A stretch of 64,000 nt of DNA. Source: Octopus sinensis (taxonomy: Eukaryota). How positions within the stretch are numbered: the stretch's first letter is position 1; each line of letters starts with the position of its first letter. Where the stretch lies: contig NC_042997.1 of the NCBI RefSeq assembly GCF_006345805.1, positions 88,474,001 through 88,538,000 on the forward strand, given 5' to 3'. Position numbers and translations under genes: made by a program. Positions 13,260 through 25,694 of the stretch are shown here, piece by piece. The notes below the pieces were generated by a model. It worked only from the letters and a program-made list of their open reading frames with translations. It had not been told where the DNA came from and did not search any database.

Positions 13260-13782
13260 ATTGAAGTTTATGAACTGTGCAGTAAACATAATTGATAGTT
13301 TCTATTACAGGTGATGTAATTATAGAGCAGGAAGCACACGAAGGTTGAAGAAATTCATAGAACTGTTATCTCTGCTGATAAAGGGTTTCTTTCTCTGTAA
13401 AGGCCAATCATAAACTGAATGGTAAAAGCATTGCTGGGCTGGAGGTAACTGAGGTAATCAGGATGAGTTATGATAACTTGTATGAAAGATAGATTACAAG
13501 TGAAATGAAAGAAATTTGAAAGGCATTATTGGCTAGTGCATGCAGGAGAGATAAGTGTACTGGTATGGAGTTGTGACATGAATGCTGGATCACCATTTCA
13601 GAATGGGTGTTTAAATGATTGTTTGAAAAGAGATTAAATATTATGTAAAATATTATATTTTCCTGTATTTTAATTGATTAGTATTAGAGACATATAATCA
13701 AGTGAAAAACTTTTATTTCAGTTCTTCAATATATCAGTGTTTCTCAAACTTGATTGGTTAATTTTTTTTTTTTTTTTTCAAG

Positions 13783-13998
13783 GCTCGGAAACGTTTGAAA
13801 GAGAAGTACCCTGACTATGATAACAAAAATGATGAACAACGCTGTCAGGAGCTTCTGAAATGTTATCAACATTACTTAGCACATGGATCCCAGAGTGATG
13901 TTGCTGTCTGGGTATATAACCTGAATGAAGGAAAAAAGACATCTGAAGAAAGCAAAAGCTCTACAGATGTTGTGAAGTCAAAATCCAATGAAACCTGA
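13783..13998 (+). CDS. DUSP22: DUSP22-like terminal coding exon 5 (ARKRLKEKYPDYD..KSNET*)
   Basis: Long poly-T tract plus caag acceptor, phase 0, open to TGA at 13998. The joined CDS is 651 nt (216 aa). An AATAAA lies near 14623. Confidence 0.8.
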   Translation, partial: ARKRLKEKYPDYDNKNDEQRCQELLKCYQHYLAHGSQSDVAVWVYNLNEGKKTSEESKSSTDVVKSKSNET

Positions 13999-15431
13999 AA
14001 CTAATTCATCATATTATTAAAGTCCTTCTCTTAAAACAATTTAGAAAATATATCATTTTACTGGGATCATGATTCAAAGGAAGAAAGCTGATAGAAATAT
14101 CATTTATACTCTATTTAAGTTGTATTATGAAATGTGTTTTATCGAGTTCTCTTATGAAACAATCAGTGAAGTTGCATTTCTGATGAAAAAATTTCTATTC
14201 TTTTCTCATTTACTAATAATTTTAGCTTGAAATTGGAGTTTGTTTTTTCAAGCTGTTCTTAACAACTTAAGAACTAAATAGTGTGTTCAAGATTGAATAT
14301 TGTCTTCCTCATTACTTAACTCTAACAGTGTCCTGCTCTAAGGTTTCCTTATCCACATTGTGTTCATTGTACTCTTCTGATACTAAGCAGAGTGGGGTTG
14401 TAGGGTCTGATATTTCTGCATTTCTTATTCTTGATTGGTGTAACTTAGTCTGTTTTGTGCATGGTCAGCACATTCTCAGCACATTTATCTTCTGCCTTGA
14501 CCCATTTCTCTCATTATTTTATCAGTTGCCTTTATATCTGGTACCTGTCATAATCATGTGTGATACTTTCAACGATAGTTCATTCAATATTTATTAATTT
14601 CTAATTCATAACAAGCTGCCAATAAATTAAAATCTTGCACTCTCACTAAGTCCCCACTGACTATTTCTAATATTCCTGAAAACCTCTAACATTGAAGCTG
14701 ACTGAATAACATATTTCTCCTACTTTCTTCCATCATTTCTCAGTTTTCTGCACATTTTCCACTTGGTTTCACATGTTGTAAATTAATGTAATAAGTTGAT
14801 TGTATATATTTTTTTGAGTATTTTTAATGATGAATGACCAAAAATAATATATAGTATTTAAAAATGAATAAAAATTTATTTTCACCATTTAATGAAAAAC
14901 AATATATCATTTAACAGTGTGTGTGTTTTTGCCTGTTATAGCCTTGTATCAAAGTTGAGATTTTGTGATCCAAATTCTGGAAAATGTTAACATATAGATT
15001 TTCAGTTCATCTTGAGATTATATTTTCATAAAAGTTTAGACTGTTAAAACTGTCAGTTTGAAGAAAACTCATACATGTATGTTTATTTAGAAATGGAAAA
15101 ATTATCATTGTAGCCTTGAGCCATGGGTGCACACATAAAGCTGGCATATTGCTGTTGATCTAATAAATAGCATTAAGCAGATGTGATATAAATCTACTTT
15201 TGCATAAGATACTAGTCTATTTAACGTTCCCAAGTCTGATAACACATAACACTGAACAAAAACAGAATGAAATATTTTAGATGATATATGTTTGTAAAGA
15301 ACATGGTATAATTCAGAATACCTGAAGCGTATATCATTTAGATAACTAGTTTATTACCTGGCTAACATATATGCAAATATTATATATACATTTGAACAGC
15401 TATTAATGTTATATCCTTATATAAACTACTG

Positions 15432-15470
<39 letters not shown>

Positions 15471-17327
15471 TTGGTGAAGCAAACAGGAAAAATGGAACTC
15501 AAAATATAAGTTTGTATTTTTTTATTAATATTTAGCAGAAGCAACAGAGTGACTCAAGATCCAAGAGTTTCATGTACTGACACATCAAATATGTATATAA
15601 AATGATTTAGATTCAAAGTAATATATTTCTAATGAGGAACAATTATCCTGAAATAGATATGCAAGAGATTCCTAATTGTTTTTCTGTTTACTTAAGAGAA
15701 CAATAGGATGTTTTCACATTTCGATCTCCACAGCCAAGGTATTATGTTTTAGATCTTTTAAATATTTCAGATTTAAACTAATAATGGTCAATGAACTTCT
15801 AGCTCAAATTTATCATATATTGACTTAGTAAAATAATCCATAAACTAAGGGCCCTCCTAGCAGTGTTTTCATTTTGGTCTTTTATACCCTAATGAAAATT
15901 GAGACTGCATTTTCTGCCATAAACACTTCAGTCTTCATAATTAGCCTCTCCTAACTTGAAAAAAATTATTAAACCAAAATACTATTTTAATAAAAATTGC
16001 CATAGCTGAATAATTAGAATGTCAGCAGGAAGGTTAATATTTCTTATTCAGTCACCGCCACTGTGCTGAATCCTTAACCAAACCCTTGACTCTACTAATA
16101 CCTTGTTCACTTAGTTGTTAACAGATACCAGGGTGAAGTGGGAGTACAGCAGAGTCAAGTCAGGTCACTGGTAAGTTTTATTAGTTTGCAGTGGTAATTT
16201 CATAAATTTCAACTGACTGCTTCTTAATGTTTCATCTAATGTGGAAAACAGATGTTTTGCAACTTCTTAATAATCTGTGACAAAACTCTCCTTAACCTTT
16301 TCTTACAACATAGTATATTTCTCAGTAATAGATGATGTGCACAATATTTTGTGTAGTGACGTTTACTGTTTAAATTAAGTTCAGTCGCAAATACTCACCA
16401 GATATTCCCCACTTATATGCTGATTAAAATGAATAACTAGATTTCATTCCAAGCACCATTTTGTTGTTCATGTTTGAGACACCACTTGCAATATTTAATT
16501 TGGAGATCTCACTTATCTTAACTCATAAATTTACTATATCTTCTTTATATCTCAATTATTATTTTGAAATCTTTGCTGTCTTCCCTGGGCAAATTATTTA
16601 TTTATTCACAGTATGATTGTTGGTATATTGTTCCAATCTTCTATTTTAATATTGTCATTTATGAATTATCATTAATCTGAGTGAAATGGGCAGTATGTCA
16701 GCAAATTTTTTAGGGTGCTGTACTAAATATTTTACAATATTTAGTTTTCTCCCTTATGTTCTTGGTATCAAATTGTGCCAGGTTCATCTTTGCTTTCTAT
16801 CTTTCCAGAGTTGTTAAAATTATATGAGATTAAGCTATGTCCTAAAACTTTGTGGCCATGTCCCACCAAAAGAAATCAGTATGTTCAAAGTAAGAAATGT
16901 ACCCATGTTTTTATAATTATTTTTTTTTCATTGTTTTACTGATGTTGACATGTTTAAAAATAGTTATCCACAAAAGTTTGCTCAGACAACACTGCCTTCA
17001 TTGAAATTGATTTTTTTTATTTTTATTTCTCACCTATATTATATCTCACTTCTAGAGAAAGCTATTTTAAAATATCATTTTTGAAAAAATTATTTTTATT
17101 TCTGAATTTTAATGAAATAAATTACTTCTTTATTCTAAATATTCAGTTATGTTTTTCAAAATTCAAATCATAAAAGAAACTGAAATAAAAGTTGACTTTG
17201 TTTTCTGGTTTGTTGATGCAATCAACAAAGAGTTTGAAGTTCACAAGATCTGTAGAGATCTATTCTGACATTGCTTACTTATGGTGAATACCTTTTCATG
17301 TTTAAGCCTTCTTTATTTATAATCATT

Positions 17328-17538
17328 ATCATCATTGTTTAACATCTTTATTTGTTGACATGGGTAAGACAGTTTGACAAGGAATCAGTGGGCTACAGGG
17401 CTGCATCAAACTCCAATGTCATCTTTAGCATGGTTTCTACAGCTTGATGCCCTTCCTAATGCTAACCAATTAAGAGTGCACAGGGTGCTTTTTTTCATGC
17501 CACCAGCATTAGTGAGGTTACCGTGTGACTTGTAAGAC
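17328..17538 (-). mobile_element. Family C repeat (RTE-LINE 3' UTR-like)
   Basis: catcattgtttaacatc..tttctacagcttgatgcccttcctaatgctaacca..gtgctttttttcatgccacc, homologous to 20290-20785, 51490-51768 and 57885-58330. Confidence 0.7.
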
Positions 17539-18159
17539 AAAAAAGAACAAAAGGAAAGGAAGGAAAAAGCTTCCACTACTAAAAGGAAATATTTGGGAGG
17601 GCAAGGTGGATGTATAACAGTTGTTGAATTTGATAGCAAGTATGATAGAGGGACAAGCACAGATGTTTTGCTATAGAGATATATGGCTGAAGGAGGTAAG
17701 AGGAAGGTAGTTATGGGGTGCTAAAGTAAACTCAAGGAGCAAGAAGGTGAGTATAAAAGAGGACAAGGACCATGGATCATTGGAAGGAATGAAAGAGAGG
17801 ATGCTTTCAAAAGAGTACCAGATAGAGGCAGAGGTTTGTATAGTGCATGATAAACAAGGGTGGGGGTGCATATGGTGGGAAATACCAGTATGCAGAGGTG
17901 TAAAGTAGAAGATAAAGGAGTGGCTCAGAAAGGAAAACAGAACGAAGCAGTAGATCAAGGTGGAGATACATAAGGGACTATAGTAGGTGGGTGTTGGGAA
18001 ATAACAGGCAGTGGGTAAAGGCACAGAAAGGTGGTAATTGATTGAAAAAGTGAGAACAGGAATGAGAAATCTAAGCAGTTCAATGGGGTGCAGAGACCAT
18101 TTACGAGGGTATGGGTGTAACATGAGTGACATTCCTTGCAGGTGAGTATAACAAATATT

Positions 18160-18373
18160 CTTTTCTACTCAAGGCACAAGGCCTAAAATTTTTGTGGAAG
18201 GGGCCAGTTGATTAGATCGACCCCAGTAAGCAACGGGTACTTAATTTATCAACCTTGAAAGGATGAAAAGCAAAGTTGACCTCGGTGGAATTTGAACTCA
18301 GGACATAAAGACAGACGAAATACCAATAAGCATTTCACCCAGCATGCTAACGTTTCTGCTAGCTAACCACCTT
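18160..18373 (-). mobile_element. tRNA-derived SINE, family A (tail type 1)
   Basis: Reverse complement of 9879-10094. 16-bp TSD gagta(t/a)aacaaatatt at 18144-18159 and 18374-18389. Confidence 0.85.
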
Positions 18374-18548
18374 GAGTAAAACAAATATTGATAATGAAGA
18401 TATCTTCACAAGACAAAATGGACAAGTAATGTCCGCAAAGATGATCATATATGTACAAAATATTTATAATCTTGTGATGTGTCTTTAATTTTCATTTCCC
18501 AAGACTATTGTAGAAGACATTAGTTTCAGATTTGTCAGTTTTGATGTA

Positions 18549-19523
18549 CAGGATGTCCACAAAAAGACTGTAATAATTTTTCACTGATAGTTGCTTCAGA
18601 AGCAGGATTTCATCCAGTTACCTATGGTAGAGAGTAGCATTAAAGGCACTCAATGTGGACCCATCTGGTTGCTTGAAAAACATTGATGTGATAGTCCAGT
18701 TTGGTGCAGATGCTCAGTAGCATATCTGGAGTTACACTGCAAACTGCTTCAGTGATTGAAATTTTCAGCTCCTCCAGGATTGCAGGTAGTGGTGGTACAT
18801 AAACTGTACTCTTCACATACCCCCAAAGAAAGAAGTCACAGTTCCGGTGATCTCACAGGCCACTTGCAGAACACCTGATCATCTTGTCCAGCACAACCAA
18901 TTCATCTGTTTGGTAATTGTTCAGTGAGAAATTTCCTGACAGCAGATTATAATTATCTTCCATTAATTGCAGGATAATGTCACAAAATTCAAATCACATT
19001 CTATTATCTTTCCAGTGAAGTTTTGGACTAATTGCAACTTGTAAGGGTGAAACTTTAGGTGTTTGTGAAGGATCTTGCAAGCTGTGCTTTTGGAGAGGTG
19101 TAACTCTCGGCTAGCTTTTCGTATTGATTTTTTGAGGCTGTGCACGAATTTTCTGCTAACTCCATCAATAACTTACTCTGAGACTGATGGTCGACCACAA
19201 TGTCCCTTTCTGACTAAAATACCATTTCCAAATGGACTTGGGTGTAGGTGGAATCATATGATACTTGAGTCTGAAAGCATGTTGCACGGCCACAATACTA
19301 TTTGATCTTGCAAATTCCAGTACACACCATCTGCATTGCTGTGGGGTGGCAGCCATTTTTAGATCTTGCACCTCTGTGGTTTTCAGGTCAAAGATGTCTA
19401 ATCACTTGAAAAAAATGAAATAACTTGTCAGAGAATCATTTTATAACATGTTTATCAACACATTTGAATTGGTTTAAATATAATCACACTGTGAAATCAG
19501 GGAGTGTTTTTGTAGACACCCTA
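18549..19523 (-). mobile_element. Internally deleted Tc1/mariner-superfamily transposon (DUF4817-type HTH N-terminus)
   Basis: TIRs caggatgtccacaaaaa / tttttgtagacacccta (14 of 17 match) with TA on both flanks. Minus-strand remnants MAATPQQCRWCVLEFARSNSIVAVQHAF, KASRELHLSKSTACKILHKHLKFHPYKLQLVQ and RSPE..CDFFLWGYVKSTVY. Confidence 0.85.
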
Positions 19524-20106
19524 TATAAAAATAGCCTCGAGATGAACTGGCAATGGAATTTGATAACTATATGGTCTATAGATATCTAAGGATGTAAAAG
19601 AAATAAAAAAAGAAAACTTTACATATTTTAAATGGTTTGGAAGATAATAAAGTTATATGCAGTGTTAGTTGGTGGGAGCTCTGACTTGGCCACTTGATGT
19701 TGACATCTGGGCTGAGAAACAAGTTTCACTTTGCTGGAAATATTATGTTCGTCCAATTACATGCCTATATCTTACTTCAAACAATAGACAATAAAAGAAA
19801 TTTAATTAATAAATTCAAAGAAGTCAAGTATTATATACTAAAAAGTTTCCTTCATCTGTGGCTCCGACTCAGATGTTTAATCACCTATTATTATGTTTAT
19901 GGCCTTCTCAGATCGATATAACTTTGGCCACTTATGCTACTTAGAAATAGTGACAACAATGAAGGCATGCATGGTAAACCCTGGGAAGATTTTTTAAAAT
20001 GTTCCTAAATAAAAGTAATAGAATAGAACTATGTTTAAATCTGTGATTGTTTCAATGCTCTGAACTACACACAAGTTCCAAATTCTTTTATCTTGCCTCA
20101 TTTCTT

Positions 20107-20238
20107 TACTGAAGAAATCAGATATATCCACTCAAAATTTCATAACCCTTAACTATAGAAAACAGTTTTATATATCAATCCATCTTTTGTTGAAGAATGT
20201 CATGTTTGAAACTATTTTTTGTTGAGATATGTCAAGTA
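20107..20238 (+). repeat. Unclassified interspersed repeat (homolog at about 59800-59927)
   Basis: Both sites carry ctcaaaatttca..tttgttgaagaatgtcatgtt..aactattttttgttgagatatgtcaagt. Confidence 0.7.
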
Positions 20239-20289
20239 TATTGAGACAACTTTACTTGCAGAAAATACCAATTCAATTTTTTCTTATTT

Positions 20290-20785
20290 TTTTTGTTGGT
20301 AGACATTTGACATCGCTGACATGGCCAATGACTGCCACCCGTGCCAGTGGAACATTAAAGCACCACCCGAGTGTGATCGTTGCCAGGACTGCTGACTGGC
20401 TCCTGTGCCGGTGGCACATAAAAAGCACCATTCAAGTGTGATCATTACCAGCATCGCTTTACTGGCACTTGTGCTGGTGGAACATGGTAAACAACATTCA
20501 AGCGAGGTTATTGCCAGTGCCGCTGGACTGGCTCCTGTGCAGGTGGCACATAAAAAACACCATTCAAGCGTGGCTGTTGCCAGTACCACCTGACTGGCCC
20601 TCATGCCAGTGGCATGTAAAAGCACCCTCTACACTCTCGGAGTGGTTGGCGTTAGGAAGAACATCCAGCTGTAGAAACTCAGCCAGATCAGGTTGGAGCC
20701 AGGTGCAGCCATCTGGCTTGCCAATCCTCAATCAAACCGGCCATGCCAGCATGGAAAGCAGACGTTAAACGATGATGATGATGAC
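20290..20785 (+). mobile_element. Family C repeat with about 4 internal ~70-bp subrepeats and a (GAT)n tail
   Basis: Repeated gtgccrgtggcacataaaaagcacc units, then ggcgttaggaagaacatccagctgtagaaa..gacgttaaacgatgatgatg. Confidence 0.85.
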
Positions 20786-20949
20786 TGGAATAGCCATGAA
20801 ATTTCATTTCACAGTTAAAGGGTTAAACAAAATAAAACATACGCACTACAGATGGCAATTTTTTTCAGTGAAGTAGCTAATTAAAATGCTAGTACAACTT
20901 CATCAATAAAGCAAAAATATAGCATAATAAATTGTATAGAAACATGAAT

Positions 20950-21110
20950 GGCCATGTGACTCAGAGGTTCACTTTGCAAATGTGATTCTAGATTTGATCC
21001 TACTGCAGAGCATTTTGAGCAAGTCTCTCTTTATTAAGCCTTGCATCAACCAATAGCTTTTGAGCAGAATTAGGTAGACAGAAACTGTGCAAAAGCTCAT
21101 CATATGTGTG
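20950..21110 (+). mobile_element. Old tRNA-derived SINE, family B-like (a similar copy lies at 22187-22365)
   Basis: Degenerate head followed by gcaagt..gtagacagaaactgt, as in the better-preserved copies at 45916-46291 and 53265-53712. Confidence 0.55.
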
Positions 21111-21494
21111 CATGTTTATGTCTAAAAACAAGTATTATATATACTGTGTCCCTAACTTCACAATATATCAAATAAAAAATCATTTCACAGTTAAAGGGTT
21201 AAACAAAATAAAACATACGCACTACAGATGGCAATTTTTTTCAGTGAAGTAGCTAATTAAAATGCTAGTACAACTTCATCAATAAAGCAAAAACTTAACT
21301 GTGAAATGAAATTTCATGGCTATTCCAGTCATCATCATGATTGATTGAGGACTGTGTTGGGTCCAGAATAATTCATTAAAATCCTTAAAAGGGGTCAGTG
21401 ACTGAAACAAGTAAAAGAATAAAACTTATTCATCATCACATTTTCTTAATATTGAAGAAAAACAATCAGTAACACATAAACAATCAACAAGACA

Positions 21495-21722
21495 TTAATC
21501 ATTTAGCATTTAAACTGACCATATCTGGCCAAAATACTCTACCTGCATTATATTCAAACTGGCCAGATGTGGCCTCTTACACCTATCCTACAATAGTATT
21601 CTAAAAATTAACAGTTACCTCATCAAAATCTCAAAGATACAAGATAATGCATGATTAATTCAAAACAATATGACTAGATAAACATTACTTTTGATGGAAT
21701 AATGTGAATGCTGAAGGGTTAA
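21495..21722 (+). mobile_element. TTAA-type (piggyBac-like) non-autonomous element; inverted homolog at about 60050-60267
   Basis: ttagcatttaaactgaccatatctggcc..ggcctcttacacct..aatgctgaagggTTAA. Confidence 0.55.
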
Positions 21723-23102
21723 TTTCTGTAATGGCTCAATAATCCCCAAAAATGCAATTATATCTGTTGCTATTCTGTTTTTTGATTTTTTGTACATTTA
21801 TTTTTCAATGCCTGTATGAAAGGAATTGTTTGTTAAAACGATCATTTGTAGAGCTAAATGACTTTCCAAATGCTAATTATTCAACAACTCTGAAGAGTGG
21901 AGCCTGTTTTTTTTTATGCAGTCAGGCTAACAAACATGAGAATATAATTAGATGTCAATATGAGAGGGGTGTATGAAAAGTCTTGAACCTCAAAAAACAA
22001 AATAAAACATGGCACAAGACTTCAAGGTTCAAAGGCCTTGAAGGCTCAAAACTTTTCATACACCCTTCGTATATATTATTAAAACAATATTTAGCTATAT
22101 TTATAAATGCTGCATCAACATTTCTGGTGGTGATCTATCTCCTAGTTGAATTATACTACTTTGAGATATGAAATACTTAAAGATTTTAGCAGTGAAGTAG
22201 TTCACAACCATGTAGTTCTGGGTCTAAGTCTACGAAGAAGCATCTCAGGCAAGTATTTCACTATAAGCTTTAAGTTGAACAATGCCTTATGACTGGAATT
22301 TTTACAGACAGAAACTGTACAGAAAAATGTCAAGTGTGTGTATATGTGCATGTTTGCGTGTGTGTTGAATATGCATTTTAAAACACAGATTTACAAAAAT
22401 GTAACATGGCAATTCAACAAAGGCTGTAATACATACTAAGATTGTTGTCATCAAGAAAATCTTTGAAAACGCTTTGTCATAACCTCAGTTTAATGAATAA
22501 AGTAATAAAATAATTTGTTGTTTAGCAGTCCTGACTAAGTAACTATCATCAAAGTTGTAAGATGGTATGGTGAAATAAGAGAGATTTGGCAGCAAGTTTA
22601 GTCAAGTGACCATGTAGAAGCTTACTTGTTGGCTCATTCTCTGAATTATAAATCAACACAAGATAAAATGGGTGTTACAAAGATTTAATAAATATGATTT
22701 ATGCATATATAGTTTTCTGATGTATTGACAAAATAAATCTTTATTACCAAAAAATAATTTAATCAGTCATAAAAATGTTACGAAAATGAAAGAGTTTATG
22801 ATACAATTCAATTTTAAAAAATATTAAAGCTCAAATTAAAAATGAGCAAAATCAATGCAGCTGAAAGTCTCAAATTTCAGAGTAAGAACATGCTACAATA
22901 GATATTAGTTATTAAAAATAAGGCAATTACATGTTCATTTTCCTGGAGTTTTCTCAGTTCTGCAAATATCAATTTTAAAATGAAAGAGAAACTGTTTCAC
23001 ATTTTCACTGATGATAATTTTCGCTTGTTTTGGTTATATTGCATATGAAGCGAATGTAAAAAAAAAAAATTACAAAAGCTAGCTGATATGCTTTACTGGT
23101 TG

Positions 23103-24449
23103 TCATTGATCATCCGTTTGTTCTCCCGTTAAATAAGAAATGCACGTCTTTTCTTTACCAATTAAAACTAAAGCACTACCGTCAGGATGCCATTTTAGGG
23201 TGTTCACTTGAAACATGGCATCTATGGGGATCTCTGCACTCAAACAACCCGATGGAGTCCACATATATAACTGCTTGTTCCCTGTAGAAAGAGCCAATCG
23301 TACGGAGGTTGGATCCCAACGAACATGTTTAATAGGCGATAAATGAACGAGAATGTGAGACAAACAGAGGTTTTTGACATCCCATATCCATAAAACACAG
23401 GGCATATTGTCATTCTTGGTGTAGAAATAACGAGAATTGCAGCTGAATTCAACCTGGCTAACTCCAAGTTCAGGGTTAGCCTTGGTCAAAGAAGGTTTGA
23501 TGCTGGGAATTTCTAATGCTTCTTTCACAATATGATACTTACTTTCTTTAGAACATAGTGCCACCATAGCACTTGATATTTCCTCAAAAGATGTCGGTAA
23601 AGGGCCCATACTAACTTCTTCTTTATATATCGTTACTTTATCTGGTTTTACCACCAATGGGTGACCCTTCTCCATCGATGTCTTCCACGAAATATTATTC
23701 AACAAGCGAACTTTTTCGTCAAAGCTTCCGATAGCAAGAAACTGTCCTGTTGGCGACCAAGATACACATTTTATACCCAAAGCATGTTCATAGGGGGAAT
23801 ATTTTCGAAGAAGATAACCATCAGCAGAATAAATTAAAATTTTGTACATGAGTAAAGAGTCCCAAACAGCTAAAATTCTGGCACTAGGTGACCATTTCAA
23901 ACCACTGAGGTCATCGGTAGCACAAGAAAAGTGTTTAATTAATTCCCAAGATTTGCAAGCAAAAATACTTATAAAATCACTGCAATCGCGGCGTTCTGCC
24001 AGCGCCATGAACAGGCCATCTTGACTGTAGTCGTACCCCTTTTCGCACTGTTTGGGGTACCGTATATATGATATACTCTTGTTGGTAAGCGACCAAACAG
24101 TTATACGAAGATTGAAGTCAGCAGTTGTTAAGATGTGAAGTCCATCAGGACCCCAGTGAACATTTCGAAGTCCAGCAGATCCTTCATCTATTTTGCACGA
24201 CCAGTCTAGATATTTCAGGGACCATACCTGCACAAGACCTCGTTTAAACATACCACAGAGAATCAAACTCGAATCTCGGGACCATTCTATGTATTGAATA
24301 AAATCCATGCAAGTGAAAAGATGCTCAATTTGTGAAGTGATAACATTGCGAATAATTAATTTGTAATGGCTACCAATAGCCAAGAATTCACCGTTCGGTG
24401 AAAATTCGCACAGTTGATTTGACTGGCGATATAATTCAGAGAAATTCAT
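23103..24449 (-). CDS. WRAP73: WD repeat-containing protein WRAP73 (WDR8), single coding exon, 448 aa
   Basis: Uninterrupted ORF collinear end to end with WRAP73 as I recall it: MNFSE..FSP.G..LA, IEWS.DS.LILC.M.KRGLVQVWSL, CKIDEGSAGL, MALAERRDC.D, LGIK.V.WSP..QFLA.GS.D.KVR.LN, WDP...RLA. Candidate AATAAA on the minus strand at 22740-22745. Confidence 0.95.
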   Translation of the reverse strand: MNFSELYRQSNQLCEFSPNGEFLAIGSHYKLIIRNVITSQIEHLFTCMDFIQYIEWSRDSSLILCGMFKRGLVQVWSLKYLDWSCKIDEGSAGLRNVHWGPDGLHILTTADFNLRITVWSLTNKSISYIRYPKQCEKGYDYSQDGLFMALAERRDCSDFISIFACKSWELIKHFSCATDDLSGLKWSPSARILAVWDSLLMYKILIYSADGYLLRKYSPYEHALGIKCVSWSPTGQFLAIGSFDEKVRLLNNISWKTSMEKGHPLVVKPDKVTIYKEEVSMGPLPTSFEEISSAMVALCSKESKYHIVKEALEIPSIKPSLTKANPELGVSQVEFSCNSRYFYTKNDNMPCVLWIWDVKNLCLSHILVHLSPIKHVRWDPTSVRLALSTGNKQLYMWTPSGCLSAEIPIDAMFQVNTLKWHPDGSALVLIGKEKTCISYLTGEQTDDQ

Positions 24450-24879
24450 GCTAGATTATATGGACTAGTCGATTAGAAACAATTATATATTTATAAAATC
24501 CGAAAGCATCACAGTTAGAGATTAGTAAACAAATACAAAAAGAAAACTTAAAGTATTTGTTTTCAATGAAAATTTCTATATTCTGAGAATCAAAAACAAC
24601 AAATATCAAAGTAGAAATATTAAAAAATTCCTCAGATATCTGCAAAATATATCTCTACCGAAATCTGATATTCAAATAGAAAGGATTTCAAATAAAAACC
24701 CAAAATGTCTGTGCTTCAGGCGATATCCACTTAATAGAATATTTCCATAAAATTCTGATTTCCTTTCAGTAAAACATTGGTATATTTCGTAGCTGTCTTG
24801 GGATATAATTAGAAGTGTGTACATACATTTTCACGGTGGCATGAATATTTTAAAAGAATGTAGATCCAATTAATGTCGA

Positions 24880-25260
24880 ATTCACTAACAGAAGAATTCA
24901 AGTCTATACACGAGCCTCTCCAGTCGCGCTGGCTTGTCAAAGTAATGCAGTTGAGAGTTATCCTACTTAGTTCTTCTCTTCGTCAGAGGCTTATTTCACC
25001 GGACGTGAGTTTAGCGATATCGTTGGATTTATACTGGTTTCATAAGTCCCATTGAGGAGGGAAATTGGATTTTTAAACATGTGCATTTTGCTCAATGATT
25101 ATAGTATCATAAATAGCTTCAAGCAGAAATCAAATTTATCGCTTGCTCTAACAACCTGTGAAAATATAGGCAACAAAGAATCGCGACAAGAAATAAACAT
25201 TGTCAATAACTACTGAAGGACCTGCAGATATTAGTATAAAGTTGGTGTCGTATTTTGAAG
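24880..25260. promoter_or_regulatory. CpG-retaining region, likely the WRAP73 promoter (possibly bidirectional)
   Basis: Local CpG cluster (gtcgcgctgg, ttcgtcag, ccggacgtgag, agcgatatcg) 0.4-0.8 kb upstream of the WRAP73 ATG. Confidence 0.4.
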
Positions 25261-25694
25261 TAATTAACAGTTCCTGCTGAAAATAATATACTTAATTTTC
25301 CTCGATCTAATAGTTTCGAGAAATGTTTTTCATGCGAATGAAAGCACTCAGAACTTGGTTCCCATCGATTTACTTTCATTAACGAATACTATTTTGTATT
25401 GCTTACTTTCTTCAAACATCGGTTGATTGTTCCCGCCTTATAGCAATGGTGTGTGTGTGTGCTAAATTGTAAAATAAAATAAAAAATATACACTATTTGA
25501 TACTATACATTACGTTAACAAATAATGCATATAATATTAATTAGAAGTCATTATCTTGGAAATATAGGTTAAATTGTGTGAAATGAATCATTAAAAATTC
25601 CATAATGACTATTTAAAGAGCAGTGAAAACAAATTGATGGAACTCGTATATTAGTATTCCCACCTCATTTATATGTACAACAATAAAGAAGCTA

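Noticed and set aside
16050-16156. Exon-like AG..GTAAGT segment downstream of DUSP22 as an alternative 3' exon
   Set aside because: The phase-0 reading stops after 3 codons and there is no homology support.
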